From Gemmatimonadaceae bacterium (GTDB taxonomy: Bacteria > Gemmatimonadota > Gemmatimonadetes > Gemmatimonadales > Gemmatimonadaceae), in the NCBI GenBank assembly GCA_024710705.1, contig JANJUF010000056.1, forward strand, positions 10,582-74,581: DNA of 64,000 bases, given 5' to 3'. Positions 56,420 to 64,000 of this stretch are shown here, piece after piece. Within the stretch, counting starts at the first letter, position 1. Each line of letters opens with the position of its first letter. The notes under the pieces were generated by a model. The model was not told the origin of the DNA, did no database searches, and saw only the letters and a program-made list of their open reading frames with translations. The position numbers were made by a program, and so were the translations under genes.

Positions 56420-58074
56420 TGCGGCTCCTTGAGGCGGAAGCGCTGCAGCTTCCCGGTGTCGGTCTTGGGGAGCGCGGCCACGAACTCCACGAGCCGCGGA
56501 TACTTATAGGGTGCGATGGTCGCCTTCACGAACTCCTGGATGCTCCGCGCGAGCGCGTCGCTCGCCTCCACGTCGGGTTTCAGGACGATGAAGGCCTTCA
56601 CCGCCTGCCCCCGGTCCTCGTCGGGCACGCCGACCACCGCGCACTCGAGCACGGCCTCGTGCTGGAGCACCGCCGACTCGACCTCCGGCGCGCCGATGTT
56701 GTAGCCTGAGGAGAGGATGAGATCGTCGGTGCGCGCCTTGAAGAACACGTAGCCCTCGCCGTCCATCATCGCCGCGTCGCCGGTGAGGTTCCATCCGTCG
56801 CGCACGTAGTCGCGCTGGCGCGGGTCATTCAGGTAGCGGCATCCGGTAGGGCCGCGCACGGCGAGGCGCCCCACCGAGCCCATCGTGACCGGCTGCAGCT
56901 CGTCGTCCACGATGGCGACTTCGTAGCCCGGCACGGCGCGTCCGATGGCGCCGGGGCGCACATCCTTCCCTTCGGCGGCGATGAAAATGTGGATCATCTC
57001 GGTGGCACCGATGCCGTCGAGCATCTCGATGCCCGTCTCCTGCCGCCAGAACGTGCGCGTCGCATCCGGCAACGCCTCGCCGGCGGAGACGCTGGCCCGC
57101 AGCGACGCGGTGGACCAGCGCCCACGCCCACGGGCCAACGCCAGCGCCATCTGCCGGTAGAACGTTGGCGCGGTGAAGCTGATGGTGGCGCGCGTGGCCT
57201 CGATGGCGTCGAGCAGCAGTTCGGGCGTGGCCTTCTCGATGAGCACCGCCGCACCGCGCGCCGCCAACGGGAAACAGAGCAGGCCGCCGAGCCCGAACGT
57301 GAACGCCAGCGGCGGCGTGCCGATGCAGCGATCGCTGGCCCGCGTGCGCAGTACCTGCGCCGAGAATCCGTCGCACATCGCCATCACGTCGCGATGGAAA
57401 TGCATGCAGCCCTTCGGCAATCCCGTCGTGCCCGAGGTGAAGGCGATCAGGCACACGTCGTCTCGGCTGGTGGCAACGGGCACGAACGGCGCCGCGTGCT
57501 TCGCCATCCGCGCCTCGAGTCCGTCGGCGCCATCGCCGCCCCAAAGACAGACGGCGCGCACGCTGCTGTCAGCGTCGATCGCCTCCTGCAGTTCGGCAGC
57601 GAGCCGCGCGTCGCAGAGCGCCGCTTGGCACTTGGCTCGCTCGATGATCACGCGCAGTTCCTTCGTGCGGAGCAGCGGCATGGTCGTCACCGCAACGAGT
57701 CCGGCCTTGATCGTCGCCAGCCAGGCCGAGGCCATCCAGCGGCCATTGAATCCGCGCAGGAGCACGCGATTCCCTGGCACAAGGCCGAGCTCCGCCGTGA
57801 GCACGTGCGCAATGGCGTCCACCTGGCGTTGGAGCTGCGCGTAACTCACGTCCACCCAACTATCCCCCGCCGGCACCACCAGGGCAGGGGAATCCCCGTG
57901 CCCCTCGCGCACCGCATCGTCGAGCAGGCGCTCGGCGGCGTTGAGGCGCTCCGGGTAGTCGTACGGTGGCTCGCGGTGCATCACCGGCCATTCCTCGGCC
58001 GGTGGAAGCTGTTGGCGCGGCCAGTGGTCCACGTGCGCGCTGGGCGCGAGATCCTTCGGGGCGGCGGTGGGCAT
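56416..58074 (-). CDS. 2-aminobenzoate (anthranilate)-CoA ligase-like AMP-binding enzyme
   Basis: FTSGTTGLPKG, PPLAFTFGLGG, DGIGATEMIHIF, RGPTGCRYL, KYPR, TGKLQR; abm-type context. Confidence 0.85.
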   Translation of the reverse strand: MPTAAPKDLAPSAHVDHWPRQQLPPAEEWPVMHREPPYDYPERLNAAERLLDDAVREGHGDSPALVVPAGDSWVDVSYAQLQRQVDAIAHVLTAELGLVPGNRVLLRGFNGRWMASAWLATIKAGLVAVTTMPLLRTKELRVIIERAKCQAALCDARLAAELQEAIDADSSVRAVCLWGGDGADGLEARMAKHAAPFVPVATSRDDVCLIAFTSGTTGLPKGCMHFHRDVMAMCDGFSAQVLRTRASDRCIGTPPLAFTFGLGGLLCFPLAARGAAVLIEKATPELLLDAIEATRATISFTAPTFYRQMALALARGRGRWSTASLRASVSAGEALPDATRTFWRQETGIEMLDGIGATEMIHIFIAAEGKDVRPGAIGRAVPGYEVAIVDDELQPVTMGSVGRLAVRGPTGCRYLNDPRQRDYVRDGWNLTGDAAMMDGEGYVFFKARTDDLILSSGYNIGAPEVESAVLQHEAVLECAVVGVPDEDRGQAVKAFIVLKPDVEASDALARSIQEFVKATIAPYKYPRLVEFVAALPKTDTGKLQRFRLKEPQ

Positions 58075-58086
58075 CGGGGATGTCCT

Positions 58087-59244
<1,158 letters not shown>

Positions 59245-59245
59245 C

Positions 59246-60094
59246 TCAGTTCCCCTCGAACTGTGGTGCCCGCTTGGCCGCAAAGGCTTCGTAGGCGCGT
59301 CGGAAATCCTGCGTCCCCATGCAGATCGCCTGCGCCTGCGCCTCCATCTCCAACGCCTGCTCCAGCGGAAGGCTCCACTCCTGCAACAGCATCCTCTTGG
59401 TCATTGCGTGCGCGAAGGCGGGCCCGTTGGCGAGCGCCGCGGCGCGCCCCTGCGCCTCGGCGAGCAATGCGTCGGGTTCGACGATGGCATTGAAGAATCC
59501 CCAACGCTCTCCTTCGGGGGCGTCCATGTCGCGGCCGGTGTAGAGCAACTCGGCGGCGCGTCCCTGTCCGATGATGCGTGGAAGGATGGCGCAGGCACCC
59601 ATGTCGCAGCCGGCGAGTCCCACCCGCGTGAAGAGGAAGGCCGTGCGCGCGCGGGGTGTGGCCAGGCGCAGGTCGCTGGCCATCGCGAGAATGGCGCCGG
59701 CGCCCGCCGCCACGCCATCCACCGCGGCGATGATCGGTTGCGGCGCGCGGAGCATCGCCAGCACGAGGTCGCCGGTCATGCGGGTGAAGGCGAGCAGCTC
59801 GGGCTCGCTCATCTCCGTGAGTGGCGCGATGATCTCGTGCACATCGCCGCCGGAGCAGAAGTTGCCCCCGGCGCCGGTGAGCACGATGGCCCGCACATCC
59901 GACGCGTACGGCAGCTCGCGGAAGAGGTCACGCAGTTCGGCATAGGACTCGAACGTGAGCGGGTTCTTTCGTTCCGGCCGGTTGAGCGTGATGGTGCCCA
60001 CCCGTCCGTCGGCGGAGACCGACCATTGGAAGTGGGCGAATGTCCGTGCCGCGAACGGGCGCCGCATCGCGGTGATGGGATCAGGAGCGCTCAT
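59246..60094 (-). CDS. Enoyl-CoA hydratase/isomerase (abm cluster)
   Basis: [31 protein letters not shown]; ATG 60094. Confidence 0.9.
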   Translation of the reverse strand: MSAPDPITAMRRPFAARTFAHFQWSVSADGRVGTITLNRPERKNPLTFESYAELRDLFRELPYASDVRAIVLTGAGGNFCSGGDVHEIIAPLTEMSEPELLAFTRMTGDLVLAMLRAPQPIIAAVDGVAAGAGAILAMASDLRLATPRARTAFLFTRVGLAGCDMGACAILPRIIGQGRAAELLYTGRDMDAPEGERWGFFNAIVEPDALLAEAQGRAAALANGPAFAHAMTKRMLLQEWSLPLEQALEMEAQAQAICMGTQDFRRAYEAFAAKRAPQFEGN

Positions 60095-60587
60095 CGGGTC
60101 TCCGGGTGGGGCGCACGCGCTGCTTGAGGGTGCCAAGCGCGCCCTGCAGGGCGCGTCGTTCGGCGGGAGCCAGGGTGTCGAACAGGTCGGCGATCAGTCC
60201 TTCGTGCATGCGGGCCATGGCCTCGAAGTGGCGTCGGCCCGCCGTGGTCAGCCGGACGACGGTTGCGCGGCGGTCATCTGCATCGGGGCGCCGCTTCACC
60301 ATACCCTCGCGCTCCAACGCCGCCACGAGCCACGTCACATTCCCGTTGGTGGTCAGCGTCCGCTCCGAGAGTTCCCCCATGCGGAGTCCGTCAGGCACGC
60401 GGTGCAACTGCGCCAAGAGGTCGAAGCGCGGAAGCGAGGAGCCGAACTCCCGCTTGAGCGCGCTGTCCACGGTGCGCTGCACCATCGTCGTGGCCGTGAA
60501 GAGCCGCAGCCAGAGGCGCAGCGCATCGTGGTCATCGTGCGCGAGGCGCGACTCGGGATCCAGCAGGCGGGCTGCCGTCGCGCCCAT
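60081..60587 (-). CDS. MarR family transcriptional regulator
   Basis: [31 protein letters not shown]. Confidence 0.9.
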   Translation of the reverse strand: MGATAARLLDPESRLAHDDHDALRLWLRLFTATTMVQRTVDSALKREFGSSLPRFDLLAQLHRVPDGLRMGELSERTLTTNGNVTWLVAALEREGMVKRRPDADDRRATVVRLTTAGRRHFEAMARMHEGLIADLFDTLAPAERRALQGALGTLKQRVRPTRRPDERS

Positions 60588-61354
60588 CAGCCGTCAATCC
60601 CCATCACGACCTTGGTCTCGCCCGTGCGCGTTGCCGCGTCGGGCAAAAGGTACGCCACCACCGCGTCCGCCACCTCCTGCACCGTCACGAGCCGCGGCTG
60701 GCGCGCGTCGGCCAGGATCATCTGCAGGGCCTCGGCTTCGGAGCGACCGGTCTTGGCCGAGATCCTGGCGAGCGAGCCGGACACCAGATCGGTGTCCACG
60801 TAGCCCGGGCAGACGGCATTGACGGTGATGCCCTTCGTGGCGAACTCGGCGGCGAGCGCGCGCGTGAGGCCCACCAACGCGTGCTTGGCGGTGACGTAGT
60901 GCGCGACGAACGGGGCCCCGGCGAGCCCGGCGATGCTCGCCACGTTCACGATGCGGCCGCTGCCGCGCGCGAGCATCCCCGGAATCACCGCCTGCGCCGT
61001 GTGCAGTGCCCCGAGCACATGCACGCTGAACATCTCCATGAAGAGTTCAGGCGTGGTCTTGAGGAAGGGGACGGTCTCCACGCTGCCGGCATTGTTCACC
61101 AGCAGGCTCACCGGCCCGAGCGCGGCTGCGGCGTCCGTGCATCCCCTTACGACGGCTGCGCGGTCGCTGATGTTGCCGACCTGCACGATGTGGGTGCGCG
61201 TCCGCACCCCGCTTGCCACTCGCTCGGCGCCGGCGCGATCCCGCACCATCAGCGTCACGTCGGCGCCGAGGGCGGCGAGGGAGTGGACGACCGCCGCGCC
61301 AATCCCGCGGTTGGCGCCGGTGACGAGGGCGTGCTGGCCGGCAAGAATGCTCAC
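60587..61354 (-). CDS. Short-chain dehydrogenase/reductase (abm cluster)
   Basis: TGANRGIG, NNAG, YVTAK, NAVCPGYVDT; GTG 61354 overlaps upstream stop. Confidence 0.9.
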   Translation of the reverse strand: MSILAGQHALVTGANRGIGAAVVHSLAALGADVTLMVRDRAGAERVASGVRTRTHIVQVGNISDRAAVVRGCTDAAAALGPVSLLVNNAGSVETVPFLKTTPELFMEMFSVHVLGALHTAQAVIPGMLARGSGRIVNVASIAGLAGAPFVAHYVTAKHALVGLTRALAAEFATKGITVNAVCPGYVDTDLVSGSLARISAKTGRSEAEALQMILADARQPRLVTVQEVADAVVAYLLPDAATRTGETKVVMGIDG

Positions 61355-63711
61355 GTCAGTTCCCCCTTCGGCGGTGCGGTGACGGCGGCGGCGAGGGTCG
61401 CACGCTCGCGTTCCATCAGGCGGTCGAGCTGCTGTTTGGCCGCGCGATACTGTGGTGGCCACAGTGCATCGCTGCCAGGATAGCCCACGCGGGCCGATTC
61501 GGTCAGCGTCCATCCGGGGTTCACCAGGTGCGGCCGGCCGATGGCCACCAGGTCGGCGCGGCCTGAGGCAATCACGCCGTTGGCCTGGTCGGCATCGGTG
61601 ATGGCCCCCACCGCGATGGTCGCGATGCCGGCCTCCTGGCGCACACGGTCGGCGAAGGGTGTCTGCCACATCCGTCCGAAGACCGGACGTTCGGCCTTCA
61701 CCACCTGTCCGGCGCTCACGTCAATCATGTCGGCGCCTGCGGCCTTGAAGCGCCGGGCGATGTCCACCGCATCGTCGCCCGTGTTGCCCCCCTCGGCCCA
61801 ATCGTGCGCTGAGATGCGCACCGACATCGGGCGATCGGCGGGCCAGACCGCCCGCATCGCAGCGAACACCTCGAGGGGGAACCGCGCACGCGCCTCGGGG
61901 CTGCCGCCGAAGGCGTCGCGGCGCGTGTTGGTGAGCGGCGACAGGAACGCCGAGAGGAGGTAGCCGTGTGCGCAGTGCAGTTCGAGCCAGTCGAATCCTG
62001 CCTCGGCGCCGAGCCGCGTGGCGCGGACGAACTCCTCGCGCACGCGATCCATGTCGTTGCGGTCCATCTCGCGGGCCGTTTGCGAAATGCCGTCGAGGTA
62101 TTGGATGCGCGATGGCGCGATGAGGGGCCACTCGCCATCGGGCAGGGGCTGGTCGATGCCTTCCCACATCTTCTGGGTGGCGCCCTTCGCGCCGGCGTGC
62201 CCAAGCTGCAGGCCGATGCGCGCGCCGCTCTGCTCGTGCACGAAGCGCACGATGCGCGCCCAGGCGTCGCGATGGCGTCTGTTCCAGAGCCCGGTGCACC
62301 ACGGCGTGATGCGGGCGTCGGGGGCGGGGCAGGTCATCTCCGTCATCACGAGGCCGGCCCCTCCCAGCGCGCGGGCGCCGTAGTGCACGAGATGCCAATC
62401 GGTGGGCATCCCGTCGGTGTCGGCGCTGTACTGCGCCATCGGAGAGACCACCACGCGGTTCCGCAGCGTCACACCACGGAGCGTGAACGGGGTGAGCAGG
62501 GCGGGGGGCGCCGGCACCGCGGGGTCCACCGGCAGCCCGGCCTGCTGGGCGAACCAGCGTTCGAAGGATGCCACGTAGGCCGGATCGCGCGCGCGGAGGT
62601 TCTCGTGGGAGATCCGCTGCGAGCGCGTGAGCAGGGAGTAGGCGAACTGCTCCGGTGCGAGCCGCGCATAGCGGTCCACGTGCTCGAACCACTCGGTGGA
62701 GTTGCGGGCGGCGTTCTGCAGCTTGAGCACCTCCACCGAGCGCTCGGCCTGATAGCGCTGCAGGGCGCGCGGCAGGTCGGGCTCCTCGGCGAGGATGGCA
62801 TCGAGGGCGATGGCATCCTCGAGGGCGAGCTTGCTGCCCGAGCCGATGGAGAAGTGCGCCGTGTGCGCGGCGTCTCCGAGCAGGACGACCGGGACGCTGC
62901 CGATCCAATGCACCCAGGACCGGCAGGTGATGCGCGGGAATCGGATCCATTGCGCTGAGCCGCGGAGGTGCGTGGCGTTGCTCATCAATGGCGCGCCGTC
63001 GAGACGGTCGGCGAAGAGCCGTTCGCAGAAGGCAATCGCGTCCGCGGCGTCCATCGCGTCGAGTCCGGCGCGTTCCCAGACGTCCTGCGGCGTCTCGACG
63101 ATGAAGGTGCTCATCGCGCCGTCGAACTGGTAGGCGTGGGCCTGGAACCAGCCGTGCTCCGTCTCGCGGAAGGCGAAGGTGAAGGCATCGAACTTCCGCG
63201 GGGTGCCCAGCCAGACGTAGCGGCAGAGGCGGAGGTCGGTATCGGGGCCGAACGAGTCGCGGTAGCGCTCGCGGATGCGAGAGTTGAGCCCGTCGGCCGC
63301 GATGATGAGGTCGGGCCGTTCGGTGGCGACGATGGCGTCGAGATCGGCGGGGAGCTCCGTCTGGAACTGCAGCTCGACACCGAGCGCCGTGCACCGCTCG
63401 TGGAGGATGGCGAGGAGTGCCTTGCGTCCGATGCCGCTGAAGCCGTGGCCACCGGAGCGGATGGCGCGGTTGGCGAAGTGGATCTCGATGTCGTCCCAGT
63501 GGTGCAGGGCGCGGGCGATGCGGGCAGCGCTGTGGGGATCGGCGGCGCGGAGGTTGTCCACCGTCTGGTCGGAGAGGACCACGCCCCAGCCGAAGGTGTC
63601 GTCGGGGCGATTGCGCTCGCCGACCGTGATCCGGGCATCCGGATGGCGGCGCTTGAGCAACAGGGCGGCGTAGAGGCCGCCGGGTCCACCACCCACCACG
63701 AGCACGCGCAC
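61351..63711 (-). CDS. abmA: Bifunctional anthraniloyl-CoA monooxygenase/reductase (salicylyl-CoA 5-hydroxylase family)
   Basis: N-terminal FAD monooxygenase (GGGPGG, DTFGWGVV, GDAAHTAHFSIGSG) fused to OYE domain (SPMAQYS, HCAHGYLL). Confidence 0.88.
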   Translation of the reverse strand: MRVLVVGGGPGGLYAALLLKRRHPDARITVGERNRPDDTFGWGVVLSDQTVDNLRAADPHSAARIARALHHWDDIEIHFANRAIRSGGHGFSGIGRKALLAILHERCTALGVELQFQTELPADLDAIVATERPDLIIAADGLNSRIRERYRDSFGPDTDLRLCRYVWLGTPRKFDAFTFAFRETEHGWFQAHAYQFDGAMSTFIVETPQDVWERAGLDAMDAADAIAFCERLFADRLDGAPLMSNATHLRGSAQWIRFPRITCRSWVHWIGSVPVVLLGDAAHTAHFSIGSGSKLALEDAIALDAILAEEPDLPRALQRYQAERSVEVLKLQNAARNSTEWFEHVDRYARLAPEQFAYSLLTRSQRISHENLRARDPAYVASFERWFAQQAGLPVDPAVPAPPALLTPFTLRGVTLRNRVVVSPMAQYSADTDGMPTDWHLVHYGARALGGAGLVMTEMTCPAPDARITPWCTGLWNRRHRDAWARIVRFVHEQSGARIGLQLGHAGAKGATQKMWEGIDQPLPDGEWPLIAPSRIQYLDGISQTAREMDRNDMDRVREEFVRATRLGAEAGFDWLELHCAHGYLLSAFLSPLTNTRRDAFGGSPEARARFPLEVFAAMRAVWPADRPMSVRISAHDWAEGGNTGDDAVDIARRFKAAGADMIDVSAGQVVKAERPVFGRMWQTPFADRVRQEAGIATIAVGAITDADQANGVIASGRADLVAIGRPHLVNPGWTLTESARVGYPGSDALWPPQYRAAKQQLDRLMERERATLAAAVTAPPKGELT

Positions 63712-63893
63712 GGTTGGTCGGCTCCACTCGGGACGGGGACAAGGGTACGGCGCAATGGTTCAAAGTTCAAGTAAATCGCGTAGGGGCGACCGGACGCGGC
63801 GGTCGTGGAGGCCGACTATCTTCCGTGCGTGACCATCGAATCGACGGCCCGTCGCGGCCATCTATATGAAGTGGCCCGCCCCGGAGTCGGGTG

Positions 63894-64000
63894 ATGGCGG
63901 CCAAACGGAAGCGCGGGGGCAGGGCGCGGCGCGGCGGCGGAGCGGGATCCAAGGCCGCGCCGCGGCAGTCGGCCCTCACCTCCCACCCCACGGGACGCGC
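63894..64000 (+). CDS. Possible start of a gene running off the window (MAAKRKRGG...)
   Basis: GGAG at 63883-63886, ATG 63894, frame open to window end; too short to identify. Confidence 0.35.
   Translation, partial: MAAKRKRGGRARRGGGAGSKAAPRQSALTSHPTGR

Overview
High-GC bacterial chromosomal segment. Gene content and style (several Hanks-type Ser/Thr kinases, lineage-typical hypotheticals) suggest Gemmatimonadota; this is an inference, not a classification. About 57 densely packed CDS: housekeeping and metabolic genes (DEAD-box helicase, pfkA, sthA, ispH, fahA, ABC-F, acyl-CoA dehydrogenase, MscS, GluQ-like, HMG-CoA lyase), an imuA-imuB-dnaE2 mutagenesis cassette split by an antisense homocysteine methyltransferase gene, a three-gene phosphorelay ending in a HisKA-REC-Ser/Thr-kinase fusion, and an abm-type anthraniloyl-CoA catabolic operon with a FabH-like gene appended. 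No rRNA, tRNA, CRISPR or transposase was seen. Signals missed by the ORF track: a CxxU Rdx/SelW-type selenoprotein with a SECIS-like hairpin (6939-7175); a DExH helicase whose motif Ia lies before Walker A in a region with no ATG/GTG/TTG start; paired ACCGAA-N5-ACCGAA direct-repeat boxes upstream of imuA (candidate SOS box); repeated leaderless-type promoters; and GACGGAA heptamer hairpin repeats at gene 3' ends. All calls come from reading motifs by eye; no database search was run.
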